A stretch of 64,000 bases of DNA. Source: a virus. Lineage: Duplodnaviria > Caudoviricetes. The number at the start of each line of letters is the position of its first letter. The first letter of the stretch is position 1. The notes beneath the pieces were generated by a model, which was not told the origin of the DNA, made no database searches, and saw only the letters and a program-made list of their open reading frames with translations. A program made the translations under genes and the position numbers. The stretch covers positions 1 to 64,000 of the IMG/VR virus record IMGVR_UViG_3300050336_000035. One strand, 5' to 3'. Below, one piece after another: positions 1 through 10,461 of this stretch.

Positions 1-943
1 CAGCTATAGAATCTTTAACTGATGCTCCTTTAGTTTCTTTAAGTAGTGGTATTAAACCAATCATAACCTTTTGTGCTTGAAGCATATAAATATTTGTCTG
101 AAGTTTTCTAATTAAAGGTTTTAAAACTATATCACTAAATAGGGGGGAAAGAAAAGGAACTTTACTAACAACATCAGGATTAAATTTCCATGCCCATACA
201 TTATTTTCAGGAGAAGTTTGTCTCCAATAAACAAAAGAACCATTTCTTTTATTTAAACTGGCGGCAGGATTGTATCCTTTATTCTTTTGTTCGACCCAAT
301 CATAGTATAATTGTTTAAAATATGAAGGATACATATCTATTGATACTGATGGTTGAATAAACCAATATAAATCGAAATCAAATAAAAAACCATATTCCCA
401 TCTACCAGTTATTTTACAGTATTCTTGAGGAAGTTCTTGAAGTATATACTTATCTCCATCATCACGTAATACACAATAAAATACTTCTTGTCGAACTAAT
501 TGTCTTAATACTTTTTTAAATTCTTTTTTTATATCAAACTTATCAAGAAAATCATAAACTTCAACTAAATCTTTTTTATACTCTTTAGACTTATAATCAG
601 ATATTTCTGCATTCATACAAGTATATGTCAAATCAAATGACAACATATTGCCAAGATAATATATCATTCTCTTATACATCATGTCATTTAATTCAAAATA
701 TTGTGAATTTCCTATTAATACATCTTCACTATCTTTAGGATTCAATAATGCTTTTTCTATAGCATCCTGTGTAGAAGCCATAGGATTCATATTTATATCC
801 TGCATTCTTTGATTAACTAAATCAGGAGTAAAAACATTATTATAGTAAGGAGACATATTTTTTGCAAATTCTATGACATTCCAAACTTGTTCTTCAGTAA
901 GCATTTCTTGATTTTCTTTATTACTTTTTCTTCCACGAGCCAA
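1..943 (-). CDS. Probable portal protein (SPbeta YonE-like), runs off left edge
   Basis: Not in ORF track. TTG start at 943 after AAAGGAGG; reads MARGRKSNKENQEMLTEEQVW... with no stop seen in the part translated. Directly downstream of terminase large subunit, the usual portal position. Confidence 0.7.
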   Translation of the reverse strand, partial: MARGRKSNKENQEMLTEEQVWNVIEFAKNMSPYYNNVFTPDLVNQRMQDINMNPMASTQDAIEKALLNPKDSEDVLIGNSQYFELNDMMYKRMIYYLGNMLSFDLTYTCMNAEISDYKSKEYKKDLVEVYDFLDKFDIKKEFKKVLRQLVRQEVFYCVLRDDGDKYILQELPQEYCKITGRWEYGFLFDFDLYWFIQPSVSIDMYPSYFKQLYYDWVEQKNKGYNPAASLNKRNGSFVYWRQTSPENNVWAWKFNPDVVSKVPFLSPLFSDIVLKPLIRKLQTNIYMLQAQKVMIGLIPLLKETKGASVKDSIA

Positions 944-980
944 AGATATATACCTCCTTTCGTATAATTATATTATTATT

Positions 981-2729
981 TTAAAACATAGCATATTGAG
1001 CTAAGTACTCAAAATCATCAGTGTTATCTCTATAAATATTTTGTTTATTTTGCAATTCAATTTCATAAACATAAGATAAACCATACATTAAACTTGTTGC
1101 CCTATCTCTTTTTTTTGATTTTACAATCCTTGTATATGTTAAATTACCATTATCCGTAAAGCTTTGTTTAATATTACTTAGTTCACTTATTAAAATATCA
1201 TGTTCAATATGCTGTGCATACTCCGAAGGAGTCATAGAACCATCTTTATAAAATATATCTACTTCATTAGATGGTAATAATAATTCTATATTTCCATTTT
1301 CAAAACAGGACTTCATATATGGATAAAAATCAGAGTTAAAACTATTTGTTGCAGTTATTGCTTTTATTAACGGAATAGAATCTTTTAATCTTCTTCCATC
1401 TTCGTCATCTTCAGAAACAATAGGAGGAAATTCTATTACTTGTTTTGTTTTAGGGTCTGTATATTCCCAAGATTCATAAAACATTGAAGGTAAACCAGCA
1501 CCAGCACCCATTGTGTCTATAATTAATTTGATGGTATTTGGAAATTTAACATGTATTAACTCTCTTAAAAAATCCCTTTGTTCATTTAATGGTAATCCAT
1601 TTACAGTTCTACTAAAGACAATTTTCTTCTGAAATGTTCCATTTGCTTTTTCTTTTAACTTTATAACATGCGTACATGCATTATCAGAATTTTTTTGACT
1701 AGAAACTGCAACGTCATGAGTAATTACATATATAGAATTAGATTTTTTTGGTTGTTCAGTCTCACAACGTTCAATCTTTCTACATGGATTAGTTAATTCA
1801 TATGGATAATAACTTTCTCCACTTGAGCCTACAAACACCGCATTATATTCATAATCAAATTTATCTTTAGTCATTGTAGGTTTTTCTAATTCTTTAAGAA
1901 CATCATCTTCTTCAAATATTGCAGCTTGAACTCCAACTTGATAAGGAAGAGTACAAACATAATAATTCTTATCTCCCGACACCATTTTTTCATAATGATA
2001 CTTAAATCTTATAAATAAATCACTTGTTTTAAGGTATGCAGATGAAATAAAAATTACCTTTCCTTTTTCTGGTTGATTGTGATATATTGCTGCTTGTCTT
2101 TTTGTTTTAGTCATAGGGATTAATATTTCTTCTATTATATTATCTTTGACCAATCTAGCTTCATCAATCAATATACAATGAAATCTCCAAGACCTTGCAG
2201 AATCTCCACCTTTATCTTGAGCTAAAGTTATAGCACGAATTTCCGAACCGTTCTTAAATTGAACAACACAATCATCTGAACCTGTTTTGATTGGAAATTG
2301 AATTTCTCTTGCAATATTTTCATTTTTTATTAATTCGCCTTTTATTTTTTGAATGATAACATTTCGTGCTTGCTGTCCGTTTCCACTAGCAATTCCACAC
2401 TTAATATTAGGATAAAGTATAGACATACAAATAAAAAATACAGCTGTCAAATAAGATTTACCTAAACCACGACATGCTATAAACATACTATTTTGATATC
2501 TTGCCATAGCTCTTAAAATAAGTCGTTGAAAAGGATACAATTTTAAACCCAAAATATCACATGCAAACTCATCAATATAATATCTATAATAAGATATAAA
2601 TTTTACCCATTCTTCAATATTTATATTTTCTTCTTTTACAGGACTATAACTATCTGGACTATCATAATTTTCATAATTACCTTCTTTTATTTTTCTACTC
2701 TCTTTACTATAATTACTTCTGTTAGCCAT
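981..2729 (-). CDS. terL: Terminase large subunit (YonF-like)
   Basis: Walker A-like ACRGLGKS, Walker B ILIDEA, coupling motif ISSA, nuclease motifs THDVA and KKRDRATS; 582 aa. Confidence 0.92.
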   Translation of the reverse strand: MANRSNYSKESRKIKEGNYENYDSPDSYSPVKEENINIEEWVKFISYYRYYIDEFACDILGLKLYPFQRLILRAMARYQNSMFIACRGLGKSYLTAVFFICMSILYPNIKCGIASGNGQQARNVIIQKIKGELIKNENIAREIQFPIKTGSDDCVVQFKNGSEIRAITLAQDKGGDSARSWRFHCILIDEARLVKDNIIEEILIPMTKTKRQAAIYHNQPEKGKVIFISSAYLKTSDLFIRFKYHYEKMVSGDKNYYVCTLPYQVGVQAAIFEEDDVLKELEKPTMTKDKFDYEYNAVFVGSSGESYYPYELTNPCRKIERCETEQPKKSNSIYVITHDVAVSSQKNSDNACTHVIKLKEKANGTFQKKIVFSRTVNGLPLNEQRDFLRELIHVKFPNTIKLIIDTMGAGAGLPSMFYESWEYTDPKTKQVIEFPPIVSEDDEDGRRLKDSIPLIKAITATNSFNSDFYPYMKSCFENGNIELLLPSNEVDIFYKDGSMTPSEYAQHIEHDILISELSNIKQSFTDNGNLTYTRIVKSKKRDRATSLMYGLSYVYEIELQNKQNIYRDNTDDFEYLAQYAMF

Positions 2730-2737
2730 ATTATCAC

Positions 2738-3586
2738 CTATCCTATAGACTTATTAATAGATGTAAAATAATCTATTAATTTATCAATGTCATCTTTTTC
2801 TATAGGTGTATGAGTAGGAATCCATACCTTTTGTTCTACTTTTTCAAAGGTAACTCCATATCCACCCAAACTAACATCATTAATACCCCTAGTATTTTCA
2901 CTAAATTGTGCTGATTTAGATAAAGTATCAAATGTTTCCCTAGCATCTTTATATCTCTTATCGGCTCCAGATACTCCTTCAATCATTTCTTGAAAACATT
3001 TGTCCATATGTAAACTTGCTTTTGCAATTTTTTTAGCATAATCTTTATGATTTTCAGTTATAATTTTAAAATCATTATGTAATCCTTTAAGATAATTATC
3101 TAAATATTCAATATCTGTTTGGGAATAATTCCCTACCCATTTTTTACTATATACTAATTTATCATCACTATTATTTCCTTCAAATTCACTTTTACATTGT
3201 GGTTCAAAAATAGAATCCTTCCATCCATCGTTCCTATAATTTAACGCTATATTCTTCAAATATGTTCCAATAGTATCATTTTTATCTTCAGACGCACTTT
3301 TAAAATCTTCATATCTAAAAGGACGGTCTATAAGTTTAAGCATGTCTTTAACTTTGTTAATATTTATGTTGCCTTTTGAATCCAAACACATTGATTTCAA
3401 ACAAGACTTGCAATAAGGAAGCTTTCCTGTTTGATGAATAGGGTTAAAACTCGAATTAAATTCCGTTGCTCTTTTTGTATTTCCACACATCACACAAGTT
3501 AATTCTTTTATATTAACCTTTTTAGATTGTGACTTATTAGCCACATTTTTTGTTCTTGGCAATTTTGCCACACTCCTTTTATTCAA
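2738..3586 (-). CDS. Probable terminase small subunit / YonG-like Zn-finger protein
   Basis: CxxC...CxxC N-terminus, helical C-terminus, immediately upstream of terL. Confidence 0.55.
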   Translation of the reverse strand: MNKRSVAKLPRTKNVANKSQSKKVNIKELTCVMCGNTKRATEFNSSFNPIHQTGKLPYCKSCLKSMCLDSKGNININKVKDMLKLIDRPFRYEDFKSASEDKNDTIGTYLKNIALNYRNDGWKDSIFEPQCKSEFEGNNSDDKLVYSKKWVGNYSQTDIEYLDNYLKGLHNDFKIITENHKDYAKKIAKASLHMDKCFQEMIEGVSGADKRYKDARETFDTLSKSAQFSENTRGINDVSLGGYGVTFEKVEQKVWIPTHTPIEKDDIDKLIDYFTSINKSIG

Positions 3587-3610
3587 TAAATTATATAAAT
3601 ATTAAATTAT

Positions 3611-3922
3611 TTATTTTTTCATTCTTTTATATAATTTAATTTGATTATTTTCAATTTCAACCCAATTATCTTGAATTTCATTGTTTACATTAATAAAATC
3701 TATTAATTCCTTATTAATAATAAAGAATTCTCCTGTTTGCTTTAAATTATGAAATTTATTATGTAATTCTTTTTCATTTAATTTAGTACAATTACTTATA
3801 TATCCTAATAGAATTAAATCATTTCCATTGGCGGTCTGTAATTGTCTCTTTCTTTTATGAACATTTGTTGAAAATCCAATCTTAATCTTATCTTGACATC
3901 CTATAAAATAAACGTAACCCAA
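3611..3922 (-). CDS. GIY-YIG family (T5orf172/MUG113-like) protein
   Basis: GYVYFI...IKIGFS...R..QLQT...E.ELH..F...GEFF pattern. Confidence 0.8.
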   Translation of the reverse strand: MGYVYFIGCQDKIKIGFSTNVHKRKRQLQTANGNDLILLGYISNCTKLNEKELHNKFHNLKQTGEFFIINKELIDFINVNNEIQDNWVEIENNQIKLYKRMKK

Positions 3923-4136
3923 ATTTTCAACTCCTTAAATTAAAATAGAGTAGGGAAGAGACCCTACTCAAAATCAGAATAAAATCGTACATTTATGCTA
4001 ATAATACCCAAACAGTGCCGACGCTCTACACGTTTTCTCGTCAACGGACGGTTCGTGCGACAAGGTGGGTAATTTATAAGCATAATAATAGCCCTGAATA
4101 AATTCAGAGCCATTGGTTATACCTATAATAAAAATC

Positions 4137-4403
4137 TTATTCTTCATCAGAAAAACTTTCAACCATATCTATAAAATATCTTGTTAAAATCTCTTTAATA
4201 CAATGAGGACACATTACACCCTGTAATTCTTCTACATAGTCATCTGTTATTAAATCTTGTAAACTCTCTTCATCCTCACTAGACTCATTTTCCATTTCTT
4301 CAAAATATTCTTCAGCTTCTACTTCATGTCCATCAATTAAATATGTTTCAACCCATTCACTAGATTCTTTATCATACATTGATTCAGTTTCAAATACTCT
4401 CAT
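4137..4403 (-). CDS. Acidic hypothetical protein with CPHC
   Basis: ORF with AAGGAG RBS in the late-oriented gene run. Confidence 0.7.
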   Translation of the reverse strand: MRVFETESMYDKESSEWVETYLIDGHEVEAEEYFEEMENESSEDEESLQDLITDDYVEELQGVMCPHCIKEILTRYFIDMVESFSDEE

Positions 4404-4427
4404 TATTTATCTCCTTAAAATATATAT

Positions 4428-4712
4428 TTATTTTATTTTAAATCCAATCTTATTTTTACAATCTTCAATATCATCTTCTTCATAATATTCTTCAGGAGAT
4501 TCATATTGATATCCAATTACATTAGTTGATGTTTCTTCTTCCTCTGGATATTTTTTTTCATATTCTCTAGCCATGGTCTCCGCTTTTATTTTACTTGCAG
4601 TTGCAATCTCTGACATCTTATATGTATAAATTTCAAAAAGAGTATCAATAAAAGGGAATATATACATATGCATAACCAAGCCTAACAAAATACCAATAAA
4701 CAAGTATTGCAT
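4428..4712 (-). CDS. Hypothetical membrane-anchored protein
   Basis: N-terminal hydrophobic helix. Confidence 0.65.
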   Translation of the reverse strand: MQYLFIGILLGLVMHMYIFPFIDTLFEIYTYKMSEIATASKIKAETMAREYEKKYPEEEETSTNVIGYQYESPEEYYEEDDIEDCKNKIGFKIK

Positions 4713-4771
4713 AAAGCCACCATTCGCAGCCTTTCTGTTTTATTTTATTATAGAATTTGAGTTTTATTTTA

Positions 4772-6208
4772 TTAAAATACAATGTCAGCCATATATTTTC
4801 TGTTTCCATTTTCATATATGTACATTCTTTGACCTGCTTTTGAAGTTAATCTTTTACCCTTTGCATATGTATCCGTACCACAAAAACTTCTACAAACCAT
4901 AACTTCAACACTATGGAATTCATCTGATTTATTATGATGTACATGAGCCATATGTATTTCAGAAGGTTTTTCTATCATCATAGTTAAGTCACTAGCTACT
5001 TTATTAAATTGGTCTTCATGTCCATGAGTTTCAAATATGAGAACTCCACCAATTCTTTTTACTATAATGCCATCATCATAATAATTTTCTTCAAATTCAA
5101 TATTGTTTATTTCTGGGTTATTATTAATAATAAGTCTTAATCCCCAACCAATAAATTTTTCAAAGTTTTCTCTATCTAATGAAGCTTCTTTAGCAGGAAT
5201 TACTCTTCCATGATTACCCTCTAAGTCACTATATACAACCTTATTAAATTTTCTTGAAAAAGATATTAACATTTTTGCAATTGCAGTTGTAATTAATTTA
5301 ACTTGTTCAGTTACATCAATTTCAGACTCTAGTCTTATTGAATCATGAATGATACCAGCAATGCCATCTCCTAAAAAACTTACATGTAATTCAGAAATAT
5401 TATTTTCAATTCCTATTTCAATAACATCATGTGTTAATTTTTCAAATCTTTTATTAGCTTCATTAACAGAATATTTATTCCAATAATTAGTAGCTTTTAG
5501 TCCCATATGTATATCAGCCAAATCAAGCAAAGCCTGTCTATTACTAGGTATATATTGTCTTATCGGATAATTATTAATATCAATTTTTATAGTTGATAAA
5601 GCAGTGACAAGTTTATCATATATGTAGTCATTTTTACGATATTTATTCAACTCTTCTTTCATGAATTGAATCTCACGTTGCTGAAGTTTTATAAAATATT
5701 TTTCTTTTTTTCTTTCAAGAGTCTCATCTACTAATGAGTCAATATTATCATCATTATCTAATTCTTCATCCAAATAAGGGACATCATCATGAGTAATATT
5801 AAATGCACTTTTAACAAGCATAAAATCTCTACGAGGAATATCAACCCTCCTACATAATTCATTAATTGTTAACGGGTCATCATCACAGTATAAAAGTTTA
5901 ATCATTTTAACTTTTTCTTTAGTGATTTGAATTGACCTCGTTTTGGATGTAATTCTATAAAAATCCCCACAATCATCTATTTCAACTCTTTTAAATTCTT
6001 CTTCTCCAGATACATTTTCTGTTTTTGGTTGTTCTGATTTGTCTATAGTTTTATTTTGTTTTTTTAATTCTCTTCTAACGAAATTTCTCCACGCTTCACC
6101 ATTTTTAAATGGACAATTATATTTGTTATTAAGAGATTCCCAAGTTTCGCTAGGATACATACCTGCTCTAAAATTTATACCAATTTGAAGTAATTCTTCA
6201 TTACTCAA
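4772..6208 (-). CDS. Calcineurin-like metallophosphoesterase (YonJ-like)
   Basis: Motifs DIH, LGD, GNHG, THGH, AHVHH; position upstream of terminase genes as in SPbeta. Confidence 0.8.
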   Translation of the reverse strand: MSNEELLQIGINFRAGMYPSETWESLNNKYNCPFKNGEAWRNFVRRELKKQNKTIDKSEQPKTENVSGEEEFKRVEIDDCGDFYRITSKTRSIQITKEKVKMIKLLYCDDDPLTINELCRRVDIPRRDFMLVKSAFNITHDDVPYLDEELDNDDNIDSLVDETLERKKEKYFIKLQQREIQFMKEELNKYRKNDYIYDKLVTALSTIKIDINNYPIRQYIPSNRQALLDLADIHMGLKATNYWNKYSVNEANKRFEKLTHDVIEIGIENNISELHVSFLGDGIAGIIHDSIRLESEIDVTEQVKLITTAIAKMLISFSRKFNKVVYSDLEGNHGRVIPAKEASLDRENFEKFIGWGLRLIINNNPEINNIEFEENYYDDGIIVKRIGGVLIFETHGHEDQFNKVASDLTMMIEKPSEIHMAHVHHNKSDEFHSVEVMVCRSFCGTDTYAKGKRLTSKAGQRMYIYENGNRKYMADIVF

Positions 6209-6348
6209 TATTTTATACCTCGCAATATTTATTTTAATTTTAACTCTCGACCTTTAAAATTTAATAATGGAGCAGGGAAGAGACTTATACATCTAAACCC
6301 CACATATATAAAAGACACGTTTAAAGGTACGTGTCAGACCTTTTATGA

Positions 6349-6735
6349 TTAAATTTGTTCGATTTTTATTTTCTTTTTCTCAGGTTTGTTAAGTTTTAAA
6401 GAAATAAAAGTTAATCCATTTTTACTTGTTACCTGAATTTTTTCAATTTCATTCATTATGCTTTCTGCAATAGGTAATTCAAAAGAAGTGTCATATTTAT
6501 ATCCTTCAATTTCACTTGCTCCGCTTACTTTAATACCATAATCAGTTTCTTCAATTTTTACGTCTTCAGGATTAATACCAAGTGTCTTCACCGTGCATAA
6601 ATATGTATTTTCATCTTTCTTTACCCATCTACTAGGCAACATATCCTTCACATTTGAATTAAAAATTAATCTTCTTGGTTTTCCAAAACCTAGAGTAAAA
6701 AATTCATCAATTGCATCACTTAAAAAATCATTCAT
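6349..6735 (-). CDS. Hsp20/alpha-crystallin family protein
   Basis: LGINPEDVKI...IKVSG...KNGLTFISL small heat-shock pattern. Confidence 0.75.
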   Translation of the reverse strand: MNDFLSDAIDEFFTLGFGKPRRLIFNSNVKDMLPSRWVKKDENTYLCTVKTLGINPEDVKIEETDYGIKVSGASEIEGYKYDTSFELPIAESIMNEIEKIQVTSKNGLTFISLKLNKPEKKKIKIEQI

Positions 6736-6789
6736 AAAAAATACCTCCTATAAAATAGTAAAAAAATTATATTAATATCACTAAATCAA

Positions 6790-7050
6790 CCTCATGAAGT
6801 TAATTTAGTGGAGTATAAAGCACTTTCACGTTAGTGCCATACGGAGTATACTATAACCGATACCCTTGGTTTAAACTAAAACCAACAATTGCTATACAAA
6901 AGTCGGAGTCTCCTTCTACACATGGTAGATGAACTAAATCCTGCCACTACGGTTAATCCGCTAGACCACAGGATATTAATTATGTGTTAACCCATAATTA
7001 ACTTAAAGTGCAACATGGTACGCATAGCATAGAGGCGTGTTGGGTTCTTT
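6790..7050 (-). ncRNA. Putative structured RNA / leader upstream of Hsp20 gene
   Basis: No long ORF, GC above flanks, several hairpins (e.g. ATCCTG...CAGGAT about 6938-6974; GCACT-N8-AGTGC). Strand inferred from neighbours. Confidence 0.3.
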
Positions 7051-7160
7051 TAAATGTATAATCTTATTTTTTTAAATAAGACTGATAAATGTATAAAATT
7101 TCGTCTCAAATCAAACGTATGATAAGGACTGCATATGTATAAACTATCATTTCATTTATA

Positions 7161-7556
7161 TTATGAATTTGAATTAACTTTTTGTGATGCAACATTCTTC
7201 TCAATAAGATTTCTTATTAGCTCATCTACATCTCCATAAGCAGTTTTAAGTATTTCAAGTCCTGATTCACCAATAACATTTAATGTGTTTTTTACTGCCA
7301 TATCAAATGCTTCATTAGCAGCAGCAGTATCAAATTTACCATCAGCTTTTAATGCTTTAGTATAAGTTTCCGATATAGTTTTAACTACATTTTCAACTGT
7401 ATTTTCAAGCAAATTAGTATATTTAGTAACTTCTGCATTATTTATATTTGTGTTGATTTCAGCAGTCTTTTTACGTATAAGAGCAATAATGTATGTAGTT
7501 ATTACAGGTATTAAAGCCAAACAAACCGAAATCATTGCTTCTTGAAATTGTTCCAT
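7161..7556 (-). CDS. Holin, LL-H-like family
   Basis: Single N-terminal TM helix; VENVVKTISETY...K...G pattern; IEKNV C-terminus. Confidence 0.7.
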   Translation of the reverse strand: MEQFQEAMISVCLALIPVITTYIIALIRKKTAEINTNINNAEVTKYTNLLENTVENVVKTISETYTKALKADGKFDTAAANEAFDMAVKNTLNVIGESGLEILKTAYGDVDELIRNLIEKNVASQKVNSNS

Positions 7557-7598
7557 TTTTACATCCTTCTTTCATTATACAACTAATTATATTAATAT

Positions 7599-9029
7599 TT
7601 ATAAGTTAATAACTGTACTATTATTAACTATAGTTACTTTACTTGTCCTATTTTTTCTACTAATTTCTTCTTGTAAATCATGAGCAAATTCAATCTTATT
7701 TTTAAACTCTGAATGAACTAATGCTATTTTTTCACACTGAAATTCAGAATAATACTCTATTAAACTGTCTCTTTGCATATGCCCACTAAAGCTTAATAAA
7801 TCTACAATATCGCATCTATTTGGATATGCCTTATTGTCTATCGAAATAGTCTTTTGTTTATGACCATTTTTTATTTTACTTGCAAGAGTAGCCTGAGAAG
7901 AATATCCAACAAATAAAATTGTAGCATTAGAATCTGGTAAAACTACTTTTGCCCAATTATGAGAACGCCCCATGTCCATCATGCCACTTGCCGAAATTAC
8001 AAGTTTTTTACCTTTAGTAGCCATCAAAACTTTACTGTCTTCAGACTCCTTGATAAACTTTAAGTTTTTCCAATTTAATATATCATCTAGCAATAGTTTA
8101 TCTTTACCTTCACAAACTTTATGATAGAGTCGAGTAACTTCAATAGCCAATGGACTATCAAGATATATAGGAACATTAAAAGAATCTCTATGTCCATAAA
8201 TCTCATATAATAAAGCTAAAATACTTTGCGTTCTATCAAGTGAGAAACAGGGAATAAGGACAGTACTGTTTTTGTCAATACAACTTCTTTTTACTACCAT
8301 CTCTATTTTTTCAACATCTTTTAAACGCTTTTTATCTGTTGATGTGGTTGTATTTCCAGCATATGTACACTCACCAATAACCAAATCCGCCTTTTTACAA
8401 GATACGAATGGTTCTACAAATGGTTTGTTTGAAATAGAGATATTACCTAAATCCCCAGAAAAATAAATCTTTTTGTTATGGTTATTCTGTTTGATAAACA
8501 ATTCAATTTGTGCTGACCGTATTATGTGATAAGCAGGGAGAAAATTTATAGATATTTCATCATTCAATTGAATTAATTCATTAAAATTATGTTCTTCAAT
8601 ATAATTTAATGTATTATAAACATCTTCATCATAATATAAAGGTGAATATTTTATATCGGATTTCTTGTTTAAAAATTCACTATCTCTTTGCATTATAAAA
8701 GCACTATCTTTAAGCATACATTTTAAAAATAATGTACTATCTTTTGTACATATTATTTTAGCTTTACAACCTTCTCTATATAATCTCGGTATTAAAAAAG
8801 CGTGGTCAGCATGAAAATGTGAAATTAATATATAGTCTATTTCCGATACTTTAAATCCAAATTTACGACTATTAAATTTATAATCATTCTTAATATTATT
8901 TGTTTGAATTAAACCACAATCTAAAAGTATTTTATATTTATCAGTTTCAACTAGTATCATAGACCCAGTAACTCCCTCAGAATTTCCACCGATAAATTTT
9001 ACTTTTATATTATTTTTCTTTTTAGCCAT
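7599..9029 (-). CDS. MBL-fold/beta-CASP ribonuclease
   Basis: GVTGS, DCG, HFHADH, SGDLG, ECTY, ASGM, FSGH, VHSE motifs. Confidence 0.88.
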   Translation of the reverse strand: MAKKKNNIKVKFIGGNSEGVTGSMILVETDKYKILLDCGLIQTNNIKNDYKFNSRKFGFKVSEIDYILISHFHADHAFLIPRLYREGCKAKIICTKDSTLFLKCMLKDSAFIMQRDSEFLNKKSDIKYSPLYYDEDVYNTLNYIEEHNFNELIQLNDEISINFLPAYHIIRSAQIELFIKQNNHNKKIYFSGDLGNISISNKPFVEPFVSCKKADLVIGECTYAGNTTTSTDKKRLKDVEKIEMVVKRSCIDKNSTVLIPCFSLDRTQSILALLYEIYGHRDSFNVPIYLDSPLAIEVTRLYHKVCEGKDKLLLDDILNWKNLKFIKESEDSKVLMATKGKKLVISASGMMDMGRSHNWAKVVLPDSNATILFVGYSSQATLASKIKNGHKQKTISIDNKAYPNRCDIVDLLSFSGHMQRDSLIEYYSEFQCEKIALVHSEFKNKIEFAHDLQEEISRKNRTSKVTIVNNSTVINL

Positions 9030-9060
9030 AGGGCTATCAACCTTTCTATGGTTTATTTTT

Positions 9061-9246
9061 TTAAGGAGTAACTCTACCTTGAGTCCAATATTGGTTTATT
9101 TTTTCTTCTACATTATCTACTAAAAAGTGCTTTCTTACTGTTCCTTCCCATAGCTTATACATTTTATTACTGTGGTTATAAATTTTTAATAACTCTGGAT
9201 AAATTTCTTTAAATTGTTTTTTTGATACAGGTATCAACTGTGTCAC
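9061..9246 (-). CDS. Hypothetical protein
   Basis: Short ORF, co-oriented. Confidence 0.45.
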   Translation of the reverse strand: MTQLIPVSKKQFKEIYPELLKIYNHSNKMYKLWEGTVRKHFLVDNVEEKINQYWTQGRVTP

Positions 9247-9249
9247 TCC

Positions 9250-9860
9250 ATTCGTATTGTATAATTTGCTCCATCAACTTTTTCTCATCCTGTACTTTGG
9301 ATATCAGGCAATGGTAGTTTTAAGCAGGGAACACCAGCATTAGGCATCCCTTTTTATTACAAACTAGGAGAATAAAATGAATGTTTATAGTAAATCTAAC
9401 TCTAAGTTAGAATCATATTCATTTAACCCTGTAGCCCAAGGACGTACTTGGGGTTGCAACTTTACAGGGTTATAAGTACAATGAAATTCATTGTATATGT
9501 CGGCTCACAATTTGTGCATTGCTAAACAAGAGGCTAGTGAGAACTGTTTGGGTTAAAGAGTATAGGTATACCATTTCACTCTTTGCAGTTGCTATTACAC
9601 CTTATGAGTATAATAGTTAATTTGAAATTATTGGCGCATGTAATTTATACAAGACCTATCTTATTTTTACCACTGCTATTCAGCAAATACTTTTGTCTGT
9701 AATCCCACCACTTTACAAACCATAATTAGTTAGTAGAGTTCCAAGCTAATTATGCCAACTATATAATGCTTTCGACAAAACCTTACCACTCTACCAGAAG
9801 TAGCCTAATACATTATACGCAATCTCAACTCGCACATTAAGACTCATTTATTCTAAATGT
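9250..9860 (-). ncRNA. Putative large structured noncoding RNA
   Basis: About 600 nt without a long ORF, GC above flanks, nested hairpins (AACCCTGTA...TACAGGGTT enclosing CCCAAG/CTTGGG; AAAGAGT...ACTCTTT; CATAATTAG...CTAATTATG). Strand inferred from neighbours. Confidence 0.5.
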
Positions 9861-9903
9861 TATCATTAACCTACAAACAAAGTAGGCAAATATCTAAATA
9901 AAT

Positions 9904-10269
9904 TTACAGTTTTATTGCATTTTCTATATCAATCTTTCCATTGTTAACCTTACAAATTAAATATAATTCATCTTTATTTATTTCTGAATTTAGATAATTA
10001 TCTAATCCTTCAGTAGTCTTAAATGTTATATAATTTTTAATTTTTGGTTGAATAGCTAAATATGATTCATTTTTATTTCTAAAGTCAAAAACTCTACAAT
10101 TTGTAGATTTACCTATTTGAAAAAACAAGTTTAAAACAATATAACTAGATTCTTTTAATTTTTCATAATCTCTACTAGAAATATTCCAAATATCTTCTTT
10201 GAATTTCAGCATACTTTCATTAGTAATATAAGTTTTAATATCAATCTTTAAATCATTTTGTAAAGACAT
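9904..10269 (-). CDS. Hypothetical protein
   Basis: ORF with AAAGGAG RBS. Confidence 0.65.
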   Translation of the reverse strand: MSLQNDLKIDIKTYITNESMLKFKEDIWNISSRDYEKLKESSYIVLNLFFQIGKSTNCRVFDFRNKNESYLAIQPKIKNYITFKTTEGLDNYLNSEINKDELYLICKVNNGKIDIENAIKL

Positions 10270-10461
10270 AATATATTCTCCTTTCAGTGTTGGTCACAAC
10301 CCTTATTTTTTTTGATATAATACAAATAGGAATAGCAGAGGTGGTATCATCACGACACGACATGTTAATAAATTATATTTATATAATATACCATAATAGA
10401 AAAATTAATTATGTGCCTTGAAACCCACTATTGATGCACACTCCCAAAGATTTCTAACTGA

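Noticed and set aside
6818-6840. CIRCE upstream of Hsp20
   Set aside because: GCACT-N8-AGTGC spacing is 3 bp short of CIRCE and the arms are incomplete.
6935-6980. tRNA gene
   Set aside because: GTGGTCTAGCGG on the minus strand resembles a D-arm, but no T-loop or cloverleaf was found.
9820-9840. Group II intron 5' end (GTGCG on minus strand)
   Set aside because: No recognisable domain V/VI or RT ORF, and no interrupted gene.
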